The notes beneath the pieces were generated by a model, which saw only the letters and a list, made by a program, of their open reading frames with translations, ran no database searches and had not been told where the DNA came from. Below, piece after piece: positions 29,301 to 37,582 of a stretch of 64,000 nucleotides of DNA (within the stretch, counting starts at the first letter, position 1; each line of letters begins with the position of its first letter). The position numbers and the translations under genes were made by a program. The DNA lies in IMG/VR virus record IMGVR_UViG_3300037455_000221, positions 32,001 to 96,000 of that record; one strand, given 5' to 3'. The DNA is from a virus. Lineage: Duplodnaviria; Caudoviricetes.

Positions 29301-31640
29301 GCTCTTTATGTTAGTGGTGGAAACAGTTTTTATGCCGGTAAATATCAAAAGCTTAAGGAAGAGATAGCACTTCAAGAACAAGCTGCTCAGGCATATATGC
29401 AAGAGGCTAACGCTATTGGTCTTGCTGCTGAATATCGTAATAAAGTTATGAATGGTATGATGGACATCGAAACTATAAGTGATGAAACACTTAAGGAACA
29501 GATATCCGATTTCCAGGAATATTATGATAAAGCTACTGATGCTGCTGATGCTGTTGAAGATTTACGCGGCGAACTTGCTCAACTTGCTCAAGTCAAGTTT
29601 GATATGATCACAAAGCAGTTTGAAGAGATGGCCCTTGCTATCGATCATGCCGCTACACGTATTGGACATATTCAAAGTAAGATGGATTCTGAAGGTTATT
29701 TTGAGTCTTCTACTCTTATTGAACAGCTCTTATTTGGAGATAAGGAAAAGCTTTCACAGCTTGAAGATGAAGCACGTCAACTTGCCGCATCCATTGATGA
29801 GGCTGTAGCTAATGGTGACATTGAGTATGGTTCTGAACAATGGTGGGGAATGTATGACTCACTTCAGAATGTAAATGATCAGATTGTAGAAATGAAATCT
29901 AACATGGCTGACCTTAATGATCAGTTACGTCAGATGGATTGGGATAGATTTGATTATGTACAAGATTCTATAGAGCGTCTTAGAACTGAGAATGATTTCT
30001 TGATTGATACTCTGGAGACAGAGAATCAATTATTTGAAAAAGTCCAGTTAATGAATACTGATATTATGGTGTCCAATGGTAACTGGACTGAGACTGCTAC
30101 TGCTATTCAAGGACTTCGTGTGAATAACTTGGAGATCTTTAAGCAGCAGAATGAAGAAGTCGCCGAAGAAATTAAAAAGATAAATGCCGATCTTGCTAAT
30201 GATCCTAATAATAAGAAATTGTTAGAGCGTCGCAACACTTTGATAGATCAACAACAAGATATTATAAAAGGTATCACACAAGAGAAGCAATCTATTAAGA
30301 GTCTTATTCAAGAAGGCTATGAGACGTTCCTTAACTATCTACAGAAGTCTATTGATAAGCGTAAGGAAGCTCTTAGGGCTGAAAAGAATCTGTATGACTA
30401 TCAGCGTACAGTTTCTGATCAAACTAAGACTATTACTGATTATAGAAAGCAACTTGCTGCACTTAGTGGCGGAACTGATTCTGAAGAAAATCGTGCTCGC
30501 TTACAACAGCTTAAGGATGACCTTACTAAAGCTGAGAAGGATCTTCAGGATACTGAGTATGAAAGATGGTTAACTGATCAAGAAGAGATGATGGATAGTA
30601 TGTATGAGTCATTTGAGAATCTCATCAATGAAAAACTTGATGATCTTGAAGGATTAATTGAAAGTGCTATTCAGCAGACAAAAGATAATTCTGATAGTAT
30701 TGCTAAGACAATTGGCGAACAGGCTGATGAATTTATCTACGATCTTGATAACACTTCATTTGGAGTAAACTTTGATGCACGTATTAGTGATGCAGTAACT
30801 GCTGTTAATTCAGTAGAGAATGCTATTAATAATATGATTAACGCAGCAAATATAAATGCTCAGAATGAATTAGCGCAGTTGCAAGCACTTGCTCAGACCA
30901 TTGTTACTCAGGCTCAGGTTCAGGCACAACAGATTGCACAAGCTAATGCTAATATTAATAATAATGGTGGCGGCAATGGTGATGGTAATGGATCTAACGT
31001 TGATAAGACTAAGGGTTCTGATGTTACAAATACCGGGAATGATGTAAAAACAGAATCTAAAACTTCAGCCAATCAAGGTAACACAAAACTTACTTCAGAA
31101 GAAAGAAGTAGAAGAATTAGGGAACTCAATGAGGAACGTGCTTATTATTCTAATAAGGCAAGAGAAGAAGAAAGATATGCTGCTACACCTGGTTTGCTTA
31201 GTTCTGAAAGACAACAGCATCTTACTAATATGAGCTATTATGATACAAAGGCAAATCAGATAGGACAGGAAATAAACAGATTGTCTAAGTTTGCTAAGGG
31301 TGGTACTGTTGGTTCTGCTATTAGAGGCACCGGCGAAGATGGTATCATTCTTGCTCGTACCGGTGAAGAGGTACTCTCTCTTGAACGTATAAAGCAGATG
31401 CAAGGTATTTTCAAGATGATGCAGCCTCTTGCCGCACTTGGCACTAATAAGACCATTAGTAACATTGGTGGTACTACTACTGTCAATGGCATGAACGTAT
31501 CGTTTGAGCTACCTAATGTAACAAGCTATGAAGACTTTGTACGCCAGGCTAAGAGCGATCCTACGTTTGAGAAGTTGGTACAAAATATAACTATAGGCAC
31601 AGCCCTAGGAAAAAGTAAATTGAGTAAATACTCACTGTAA
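20400..31640 (+). CDS. Tape measure protein, 3746 aa, with accessory domains
   Basis: TP901-type core (KELDTAMVELRKVT..NEIGNNFA..GNEIIQDP); long coiled coils; C-terminal FAKGG motif; followed by Dit. Confidence 0.92.
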   Translation: MAEALYSIKVEIDEKTLKQTTAKTQQYIEKRLGNNKVKLNLGTSDIGQALGALKEMAGDNKEMAASLEKTFLTQQGKMVNADLRSYKRINANFNKNRKYDTVLNNYYKKFERLNTKYGESDSLKDQLRLINGVKGLFTDITTAKKLNLTSYDGHDVPDKIDSDNLYRDLTRKILSELRSNMSTMMNPDIQNAISDLEKWVESTGKRNTYNLYNEGDIGSVIKSLTDSKANIDKWKQQAVNAVKQSTEEINNVAKVANNAQKSIAKSSGNKGKKKLSLEALQNQYDEIVGKDLDDTEITEEEKEQLINVLNEIKTKNSEIYKTLIEDLSEYIGNTFVENNEHIFKDVLNNIENSDIKSSTKVFDDSLSKIINNIKSDHDRKKDNKYIEDMLIDRLDYILGDENRSYKGKKALTNEEINEIVEILKYSAIADKMSYNGKTRPGLYNNVKSHYEDLLFYASDAEGYNAKSFKDLGTAIKSVNAFVDNLSSGDINNLDLVTKEKSNKFIQNISRIQKQISSFNDYLEVIGRLTDLNGYSDFGEMGFNGTKISHNEGGSVRVGGKTRMIDYHSHPWQGYKNLMPSASDLRSYLYALNDNKDKNGNPYLKEAYISQGDRLLKIDFSNIDWGKTSPEELRKELFSTIMQAVKDAGGEIKNSKSFKDKEWYTSSDPRLSGQIEEAVNSAMLSVLSKYGGNVGMAHKNASGQYVDMQTGEIWAGNKEVNEKYFDKDIFNGADEIGKAASEIRIAAETIERAAEILTGNDNDIHAASDEIEQISEGAVFSLLDSITKEIQRTNTKLSGKNGIGGTAQVGVLETLRENLREFLLTDRTGVEVFGGIKHEFNQVRTENDIILANKKLYTSLVAITKELSVLKSKGLGRTKEYRDKLAERKRITANLDSANEEQGYLMDLATAEANALVAKQLREQLDKDQKQAKAAVDTKINAGYVIDSAFQKAYEGFDASALKKMADLMEVMNGNKAGINVDTLFKSVQGIITGLEDARRNLGANVSRAPKQTTPVSDKDISAFVNRINREIQKTGINAVTGGSGQVSELAKLRDAVQNINPNDRDAWDDYNKQFEILTGQNNIIEGNEKLYRQLVEITQDLINLKLQGKDTSRGYQNKSNQREAILNKIGVAGTNRDALDKEASKDAYSAIASKLIDSVTKIGNDTALDFQAKFNKGFDFEDEFYKPYVQLSKDAKAIIERLMLVMEGTATDAQKDIEEAGNIIKQLTDVKSNINSKAIKQVAPVEGSKISSRIDQFSAFINKKGVSVDENLNNSLLQYIEKLKNFENDDTRNPRIYEMLEQEGDQLKEQINALDQIIKRYEETYQLRVKIAELEISGENPEALADYNEELKKEKDIISSIAQSFGVDDSITAKIFGDPSEYEGKRKEYVAKLQNTIRGIETAKLNEEKRGYGYTEDYENRFKVAKDYTDYLVKRLQDTKLSTDEIKEALKEAYRFVDDINEADGLQQLKRDTHSSESVIVKRNQAANLFSSASTLLTKTSGFGVSKEDRIEIYKIYAELKNISDAADKAGGEMSDLNRIRYDELTARIKDLTAKYKELGVYGNNLFSRIGRTIKAQTISALSRYFSLYDIIRYVRSGINTIKELDTAMVELRKVTDGTAQEYEDFRKEINATASEIASTNKDLISSAADWARLGYSIKEATELARDAQIFVNVGDGVDIKGATDMMITAMKAFNIEADEALSIVDKYNEIGNNFALSATDIGDAMQRSASVLAASNTSFDESIALITAGNEIIQDPEKMGTALRTVALRIRGAKAELEEMGEETDYVVNSTSKLRELIKGYTSIGGKYEGFDIMEDEDTFKSLADIIKGIGEVYDEMSDIDRTAMLDKLAGKNRSNALAAMLQNYKQIDNVLMSIEESEGSAIRENEHIVDSIQGRITKLQTAAENFWQAFLDTDLIKDAVSALTELLNKLTEFIDKHGSGELLAGIASIATLRFTGVGNGFINSIKTIIQSKVAISATQNALSQLTQGTEEYIQAEKELADLNTLCQGSFNSLKISVNKVIGALKKIGPVGWGVIAAITAIGVVITELTKKEIKQIQKVKELADEYSSSTKELSKYKEKIGQLQSILRDESSTTDELIGAKEGLNEINEQLMSSYESLKGRIDLANMSLEDTVDLINKLDQKKLNDIITAATGRESDFAYALSDGFDFTDLGKVFNGSRSELDRAINFYLNGLDARNNTTLQAGLSHLDTTKTAREQYAELLKLIDEQTAIILDENSSAFTKWEAERLNSILLATKDAFDETFEQLGNIEAAYGSTLLSKYEDAYSKYQNAELNYILDKSEETKNALSQALRDLWKTASEEDKVAIEEYMKIKYGESFGTPDDWNFDDYQNNRVFIRHATGRYIGDDSKNGDITNLLSFNNLDEALEYIIEKTGKELKSQEFIDWASVSDSELVSLRGHGADNEIDSGLILFRELVKTSGQDLDYFIDRLEELGYSISPKEDYFRQYLEKSRNESIAKFGSGFADQFDKLNLSTGTQIDIWNSIRDQATNAAEAVEMYRLKMSGLEASTSANDVLKDMEEQYKPTFDAMAEAYKAIWDDKNVFQGMDKITSEQINSVRSQLESVNSSLKENGLDMIDSSEIDDFILTLSDADATADEVQAAFDNIATVLVDSLNPALGQASGETAELMQKTLTELGVTNAEAVVFSRLGYTAETYAKAKEAADAADIDLDAELSSLSDEELQIVANNEALMAYYNGKLLVGGAEITTPEEAQLLIDYCNQMGIAQLGTLNLASAERELRAAIDQTNEGIRIGNMELQARGEVGIANIIKQLNSEKAKVKFGAKTIFNGNENKSSSGSTKSSDSKQKFDWIERAIKKIQRAVTNLGKIADATYKSWGERLDAIMGKTQEFHDEIGRFGQGNIDLYNRPQYINEDGSISTVRSMSFGDEFGNEILVPTIAFDNNGNPYSMSDDEAIARYYETGEYLGLFKSVEEAEEYAEKLHEQQDALYVSGGNSFYAGKYQKLKEEIALQEQAAQAYMQEANAIGLAAEYRNKVMNGMMDIETISDETLKEQISDFQEYYDKATDAADAVEDLRGELAQLAQVKFDMITKQFEEMALAIDHAATRIGHIQSKMDSEGYFESSTLIEQLLFGDKEKLSQLEDEARQLAASIDEAVANGDIEYGSEQWWGMYDSLQNVNDQIVEMKSNMADLNDQLRQMDWDRFDYVQDSIERLRTENDFLIDTLETENQLFEKVQLMNTDIMVSNGNWTETATAIQGLRVNNLEIFKQQNEEVAEEIKKINADLANDPNNKKLLERRNTLIDQQQDIIKGITQEKQSIKSLIQEGYETFLNYLQKSIDKRKEALRAEKNLYDYQRTVSDQTKTITDYRKQLAALSGGTDSEENRARLQQLKDDLTKAEKDLQDTEYERWLTDQEEMMDSMYESFENLINEKLDDLEGLIESAIQQTKDNSDSIAKTIGEQADEFIYDLDNTSFGVNFDARISDAVTAVNSVENAINNMINAANINAQNELAQLQALAQTIVTQAQVQAQQIAQANANINNNGGGNGDGNGSNVDKTKGSDVTNTGNDVKTESKTSANQGNTKLTSEERSRRIRELNEERAYYSNKAREEERYAATPGLLSSERQQHLTNMSYYDTKANQIGQEINRLSKFAKGGTVGSAIRGTGEDGIILARTGEEVLSLERIKQMQGIFKMMQPLAALGTNKTISNIGGTTTVNGMNVSFELPNVTSYEDFVRQAKSDPTFEKLVQNITIGTALGKSKLSKYSL

Positions 31641-31647
31641 TATTTAG

Positions 31648-31680
31648 GTGGAGTAGGTGTCACAGCCTACTCCACTATTT
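31648..31680 (+). terminator. Intrinsic terminator
   Basis: GTGGAGTAGG..CCTACTCCAC-TATTT. Confidence 0.65.
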
Positions 31681-31707
31681 CTTTATTGATTGAAAGGAGT
31701 AACTGGT

Positions 31708-32022
31708 ATGAAGAAGTTTGATGAATTAAAACTTAAGAGGCGTGAACAAAAGATTATTGATCTTCAGCAAGAGAATGAAGAACTGAGAAACCATATGATG
31801 GCTGAAGAGGTATTAAAGGATAAACAGCGCGAGGCTGATGCGCTTTTATATCAGCTTAATGAATTACAGAATAAGTTATGTGAGGAGATCCGTGAATTTG
31901 AAAAGGCTCGTGATGAATATATAGCTGAGAAAAGAAGGTTCGCGAAACTCAACATTGAATATAAAAGAAAGATGGATAAGTACTTTAAACAAATTGGTTA
32001 TAAAAAGGAGGAGGCGACATGA
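31708..32022 (+). CDS. Coiled-coil hypothetical protein
   Basis: ORF with RBS AAGGAG. Confidence 0.6.
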   Translation: MKKFDELKLKRREQKIIDLQQENEELRNHMMAEEVLKDKQREADALLYQLNELQNKLCEEIREFEKARDEYIAEKRRFAKLNIEYKRKMDKYFKQIGYKKEEAT

Positions 32023-32849
32023 GTACTATCGCTAATGATTTTATAGATTTTTATTACTGCGGTCATACGCTATCTGAATACAACGGCATTGTCGGTAGTA
32101 TTGGTGGCATTACTCCTGGTGACCCTGTGGAGATAGGTAGTGTGCTAAATCTCAATCCCGTAGAGATTAAACCACTCAAGAAAAGAAAAAGCGTGTATGC
32201 CAGTTACGATGATTATGTAGAGAAGCAGTTTTCATTCTTCAAGAATCCTTGTACCGGATTGAGTTATTATTCAAGAGGTGAAGTAACTGAAATAATTAGA
32301 TGGTTAAATCAGCCACGTTATGAGAAGTTTATTCCTATGTACACTGATACTTCCTGGCCAGTTGTACATTACTATGCTTCGTTTAATGTACAGCCAATTA
32401 CCTATCAGGGTAATGTAATTGGATTCCAACTTAACATGGTAACAAATGCGCCATTTGGATATTATGAGGAAGTAACCGCATCAGGTGTTGACTCGCTTAT
32501 ACTTAAAGACACATCTGACGAACAAGGATTCATATATCCTACTTGTACTATTCGAATGATTAATAGCGGTCATTTGGTTTTAACCAATGATCGGGATCCT
32601 AATAATCAGACAGTTGTTTCTAACTGTGAGTCTGGCGAGATTATAACTCTTAATGGAGAGTATGGAACTATTACTAGCTCACGTGCACATACTTATTTAT
32701 ATGATGATTTTAATTATGTGTTCCCGAAGATATGGAATAAGATGGCATCTGACGGAAGCAATCATAGGATAAACATATATTCAGCAAACCACGCTGACAC
32801 AGTTATCACTATGACATATGAACCTATAAGTAAATTTGGACTTATTTAA
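32019..32849 (+). CDS. Distal tail protein (Dit)
   Basis: DFYYCGHTLSEY, IRWLN, TNAPFGY, DFNYVFP; position after the TMP. Confidence 0.75.
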   Translation: MSTIANDFIDFYYCGHTLSEYNGIVGSIGGITPGDPVEIGSVLNLNPVEIKPLKKRKSVYASYDDYVEKQFSFFKNPCTGLSYYSRGEVTEIIRWLNQPRYEKFIPMYTDTSWPVVHYYASFNVQPITYQGNVIGFQLNMVTNAPFGYYEEVTASGVDSLILKDTSDEQGFIYPTCTIRMINSGHLVLTNDRDPNNQTVVSNCESGEIITLNGEYGTITSSRAHTYLYDDFNYVFPKIWNKMASDGSNHRINIYSANHADTVITMTYEPISKFGLI

Positions 32850-32861
32850 AGGAGGAGGGTT

Positions 32862-35800
32862 ATGGCAAATACAAATAATTTTTATGAGCCTATTAAAACC
32901 CTATACGATACTTTTACGATTTTTCTCTGTAATAGAGATCATAATAAAATTGGCATATTAAAGAATGTAGACTTCTCTTCTATTCATTTAAAACATGAAA
33001 TGGCAAATGGTAATGAAGTTTCATTTGATGTGTACTATGAATTAGATGGAGAGAAAGAACCATTATGGGATAGTATAGTTGATCTTAAATTAATATTTAT
33101 TCCTGAGCTTAAAGACTTTCTTGAGATAACCATTACAGATTATGATTCAGTACAGCAAAAGAAAAGTATCGTGGGTGTGAATGCCGGTATTGCCGAGCTC
33201 TCACAAACGCAAATATATGGATTGGAAATTAATACGCCTGAAGATTTATTGAACGATGACAATAGCGACAATACTGATTTAACCGTGTTCTATAATGCAG
33301 ATAATCCTAAGAAATCTTTATTGAATAGAATATTGTATAAGATACCTCAGTATACTATTGGACATGTGCCGGAAAGTGTCGCGGCCATAGATCATACTTT
33401 CTCTGTTAATGATAAGAGTGTATGGGAATTTCTATCTAAAGACGTAGCTGAAGCCTTTGACGTATTGTTTGTTATAGATAATGTGACTAAAACTATTCAC
33501 GCGTATGATCTATTAATTGTCTGTAATGATTGTCATACAAGACAGCAACCATATTATGAGTTTGGATATTATGATGATCCTGAGTATGCTTCGGACTCTG
33601 ATTTAAGCATTGTTACTGATGAAGACAACGCATGGCTTTATGGTAAGGATAGTGTAATTAGCTATAAGAGACTAACTTGTAAAGAATGCGGTAGTCATGA
33701 TCTTAGCTACTTTGGCGAAGATACTCATGTGCTTGTAGATAAGGATAATCTTACCGATGAAATTACACTTACAATAGACACTGACAACATCAAGAATACT
33801 TTTAAACTTGAAGCGGGCGACGATCTTATGACTGCTACAGTTGTAGGACTTAATCCTAATGGCTCTCAGTATATTAATAAATTTAATGAAATTGATTATG
33901 CTGATATGCCGGATACTTTGGTCGAAAAACTCAACCAATATGAGGCACAGTATGATTCTTATAAAGATGAATATGCTGAACTTATGGAAGATTATTATGA
34001 TTGTTTAGATAATGTCTATAAGTATAAAGACTCACTTATGCCAACGCAATCAGAAGATCCTATTACAGCTGAGACTGAAGCTGCTAAACTTACAGTAGCC
34101 AATCTCTCTCCCGCTGCTCTTACCAGAGTTGGAGAAGCTACAACAGTACAATCAGTTAACGGATCACTTGTTCAATTAGCAAAAGTATTTGTTAAGACTG
34201 GTTATGTAAAAGTAGAAGTAGATATGGATGAGGTTCCAGCTACATTTACTTATATTGGATTAGATGCTAATAATCATCATTATGGTACATGGACTGGTAG
34301 ATTTATAGTAACTAATTATTCTGATCCTGACGACACAGCACCTAGTGCTCTACTTACTATCATTATTAATGATGACTATGAAACTTATCTTGATCAGAAG
34401 ATTGCTAAGAATATAGTACGCTATGACGATAAAGAAGGTAGCATATACGAAGTTCTTAAGATAGTTGATATTGATGAATTTAAGGACGCGCTAACATATT
34501 ATTGTGTTAAAAGACTTGAATCATTTAGAGATGCATTATCTAACTGTTTAAATATTTTAATTCAAGAAGGACATGGTACACGAGTAATTGGTACTGATCC
34601 TACTACTGGTAGTGATGTTGTAGATGAGTTCTATGATGATATGTATGTTCCTTATCGTAATAAATTAGATGCGGTTGAAGAGGAATTGCCACGTAGACAA
34701 TCTGGTCTTGAATATGATGGAACTCCGTGCGAAGGATATGATGGATATGGCGAACCATATGCTACTGCTAATGTAACTTATTGGGCAAATATTGTAGGAG
34801 TAGATCCTAATTCAGATCCTATTAAATTAATTGATCCTCCAAATCCTGGCACACTTGAATATAGAAAGAGAGAAATACAAGAAGCACTTAATCTTGAGAA
34901 CTTTCTGGGAGAAACTAATTATAAAATATTCTGTGCGTATAGACGTGAGGGAACATATTCTAATAGTAATTATATCTCCACTGGATTTACTAATGCTGAG
35001 ATGTTCGAGAATGCACAGAAGTTTTTAGATGCTGCTAATGAGGAATTGCTTAAAGCTAGTACGCCACAGTATACAGTTAAATGCAATTTATATAATTTAT
35101 TACCTACTGATGGCTATGAGTATTTCAGAGAAAAGATAGTACTTGGCAATTGGATTAGAGTGATTGCAGATAACCAGATATTTAGATTACGTCTATTAAA
35201 TGTCAACATTGATTTTAGCAATTTTAATTCTATAGATGTAGAGTTTTCTAATGTTACTAAGATTGGTAACATAATGACTGATGTAGAATCTATACTTAAT
35301 TCTGCGAAGTCAATGGCTACCTCTTATGGCGCTACAGAAAACAAGGCAGATTCTGGAGAAGAAGCTAATAGTGCTTTGGGTGAATTTGTACAGAATGGTC
35401 TCCTCTCTTCTCTTAGTACGCTTAAGAATAATGTAGATGAAGAAATTACCATTAGCAAGTATGGAATCTATGCTAAGAGTTTCGATCCAGATACAGGGTC
35501 ATATAGTCCTGAGCAATTAAGAATTACTCACAATGTACTTGTTTTTACCAATGATAATTGGCAAAGTGCAAAAGCCGCACTTGGTAAACATGAGTATACA
35601 TATTATGATTCTCAGAATGATATATATGCTAAGGCCAAAGCATATGGTCTTACTGCTGAGTTTGTTCAGGCTGGACATATTAATGGCTCAACTATTATTG
35701 GCGGCGATATTTATTCGGAGAATTATTCATCAGGTATAGCTGCCGGACATACTCAAGCCGGAAGTCATATTAATTTAAATGATGGCACATTTAGTTTTGG

Positions 35801-36761
35801 TGGTGGCAAGTTAACATATAATGGTACAGCATTAACATTAGACAATGGTACTATTACTGCTGGTACTATTAGTGGTACTACTATTAATAATGGCAATGGT
35901 ACATTTCAGGTTGCTGCTGATGGCGCTGTGACGGCATATAACTTAACTGCTAGAGGAACAATAACATCTGGAAGTACTATTACTGGTGCAACAATTTCCG
36001 GTGGCGAAATTAAAGTACCGGCCAACACTCAAAATCCTGCATTTTATGTCAATACAAACGGAGTTATGAGTTGTTCTGGTGCAATCATTAATGGAAACAT
36101 TAACAATGGCGCATTTTCTGTTACTGCAGCTGGCGTACTTACAGCAACTAGCGGAACAATTGGAGGTTGGACTCTTGGTACTGATAAATTGTATAGCGGT
36201 AATGTAGCATTAGAAAGTAGTGGCAATATTACTTGTAAAATTAGTAATCAATTAAAATGGGGCATCTATAATAATGGTGACGCTACATTTAATAATATTA
36301 CTATTAATGGTGGTACAATTCAGAACGCTGTAATTTCAGACTATGTTACTACTCAAGAATTGAATGCATATAACGTTACTATTAATGGTAGACTTGATGC
36401 CGCGATTGGTAACATTGGTGAGTTGAATGCAGACAAGGCTAATATTGAAGATCTTACTACGGGTACACTTGTTGTGCAAGAATCTGTTGAGGCGCAGACT
36501 CTTAATGTTAGTGGAACAGTAACTGCAGCACAGCTTACAGCTGGAGTCATCAATGGACATCATGTATCTTGGCAAGCAATAAGAGTTGGAGCAGCAGCTA
36601 CTACTTCAGATAAGTCATCCTTATGGAAACAATCAACTAGTCCATATGAAATAGTTAGAAGCACTACTCAACCTAGTGGCACAGGATGGAATAAATTGTG
36701 TGATATTGTAATGAATATACCTACTAAACTTATTTATATTTTGGCAGAAGATAATGCATAA
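32862..36761 (+). CDS. Tail hub/spike (Tal-like) protein
   Basis: Follows Dit; NEVSFDV..., LGNWIRV; C-terminal G/T-rich beta repeats; CxxC..CxxC insert. Confidence 0.75.
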   Translation: MANTNNFYEPIKTLYDTFTIFLCNRDHNKIGILKNVDFSSIHLKHEMANGNEVSFDVYYELDGEKEPLWDSIVDLKLIFIPELKDFLEITITDYDSVQQKKSIVGVNAGIAELSQTQIYGLEINTPEDLLNDDNSDNTDLTVFYNADNPKKSLLNRILYKIPQYTIGHVPESVAAIDHTFSVNDKSVWEFLSKDVAEAFDVLFVIDNVTKTIHAYDLLIVCNDCHTRQQPYYEFGYYDDPEYASDSDLSIVTDEDNAWLYGKDSVISYKRLTCKECGSHDLSYFGEDTHVLVDKDNLTDEITLTIDTDNIKNTFKLEAGDDLMTATVVGLNPNGSQYINKFNEIDYADMPDTLVEKLNQYEAQYDSYKDEYAELMEDYYDCLDNVYKYKDSLMPTQSEDPITAETEAAKLTVANLSPAALTRVGEATTVQSVNGSLVQLAKVFVKTGYVKVEVDMDEVPATFTYIGLDANNHHYGTWTGRFIVTNYSDPDDTAPSALLTIIINDDYETYLDQKIAKNIVRYDDKEGSIYEVLKIVDIDEFKDALTYYCVKRLESFRDALSNCLNILIQEGHGTRVIGTDPTTGSDVVDEFYDDMYVPYRNKLDAVEEELPRRQSGLEYDGTPCEGYDGYGEPYATANVTYWANIVGVDPNSDPIKLIDPPNPGTLEYRKREIQEALNLENFLGETNYKIFCAYRREGTYSNSNYISTGFTNAEMFENAQKFLDAANEELLKASTPQYTVKCNLYNLLPTDGYEYFREKIVLGNWIRVIADNQIFRLRLLNVNIDFSNFNSIDVEFSNVTKIGNIMTDVESILNSAKSMATSYGATENKADSGEEANSALGEFVQNGLLSSLSTLKNNVDEEITISKYGIYAKSFDPDTGSYSPEQLRITHNVLVFTNDNWQSAKAALGKHEYTYYDSQNDIYAKAKAYGLTAEFVQAGHINGSTIIGGDIYSENYSSGIAAGHTQAGSHINLNDGTFSFGGGKLTYNGTALTLDNGTITAGTISGTTINNGNGTFQVAADGAVTAYNLTARGTITSGSTITGATISGGEIKVPANTQNPAFYVNTNGVMSCSGAIINGNINNGAFSVTAAGVLTATSGTIGGWTLGTDKLYSGNVALESSGNITCKISNQLKWGIYNNGDATFNNITINGGTIQNAVISDYVTTQELNAYNVTINGRLDAAIGNIGELNADKANIEDLTTGTLVVQESVEAQTLNVSGTVTAAQLTAGVINGHHVSWQAIRVGAAATTSDKSSLWKQSTSPYEIVRSTTQPSGTGWNKLCDIVMNIPTKLIYILAEDNA

Positions 36762-36783
36762 ATAAAAGGAGTTAAAAGAATAT

Positions 36784-36987
36784 ATGGAAAAGAATATTAA
36801 TATTGTAACTGAAGATTTACGTCAGCAACTTGTACGTGATATGAATAGCTCAGGGCTTCCTATTAGTACTCTCTACTTGATCATAAATGAGTTGCAATAT
36901 AAAACTGAGAAAGCATATTATGCTGAACTTAATGCTTCTGTTATTAAAGAAGTAGATCAAACTGAAACCGAAGAGGAGTCCGAGTGA
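36784..36987 (+). CDS. Small tail-associated protein
   Basis: NxSGLP motif; follows the tail spike. Confidence 0.6.
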   Translation: MEKNINIVTEDLRQQLVRDMNSSGLPISTLYLIINELQYKTEKAYYAELNASVIKEVDQTETEEESE

Positions 36988-37020
36988 CTCCTCTTCTCTT
37001 ATTAGAAAGGAGGAATACAT

Positions 37021-37581
37021 ATGGCGGTTGATGTAGAAACAAGGCGACTCAATGACCATACTAATATCACAGAAGCCAATAGCGACGAGGAACTTATACT
37101 TGATTCCTCCACATATGGAACACGAAATATAACTGTCAATAATTTTAAAAAACAAATTATTGGAGATAATGATATTTCCACCCTTGGCGATGGAACTGTT
37201 ACCGGTGGTGTTCTTGCAGCCAACAATGGAGTTGGTAGTTTAAATAATAAGATGGGAAACTCAAATATCTCAGCTTATGGCGATGGAACAGTCACCGGTA
37301 TTTTAAATAATTTTGCAATACAAAACGTACTAATTCCTGTTAGTGGATGGAGCGAAAATGCACCATATACTAACACTGTAACTGTAAACGGAATGACAGC
37401 TCAGGATAAAGTAATTTGTTTAGGTTATGTACCATCAAATACACCTTCAGATAATATAGCAATAGCTCAAGCAGCAAGTCTTCTTGACTATGGTATCACT
37501 GATGAAGATGAAATTACATGGTATGCATTAAATGGTAAACCATCAATTACTTTTTCTGTGTCAATAATGAAAGGATACTAA
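37021..37581 (+). CDS. Tail fibre-like/adaptor protein
   Basis: Two DIS-x-x-GDGTVTG-type repeats and a GW...PYTNTVTVNGMTA domain. Confidence 0.6.
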   Translation: MAVDVETRRLNDHTNITEANSDEELILDSSTYGTRNITVNNFKKQIIGDNDISTLGDGTVTGGVLAANNGVGSLNNKMGNSNISAYGDGTVTGILNNFAIQNVLIPVSGWSENAPYTNTVTVNGMTAQDKVICLGYVPSNTPSDNIAIAQAASLLDYGITDEDEITWYALNGKPSITFSVSIMKGY

Positions 37582-37582
37582 T

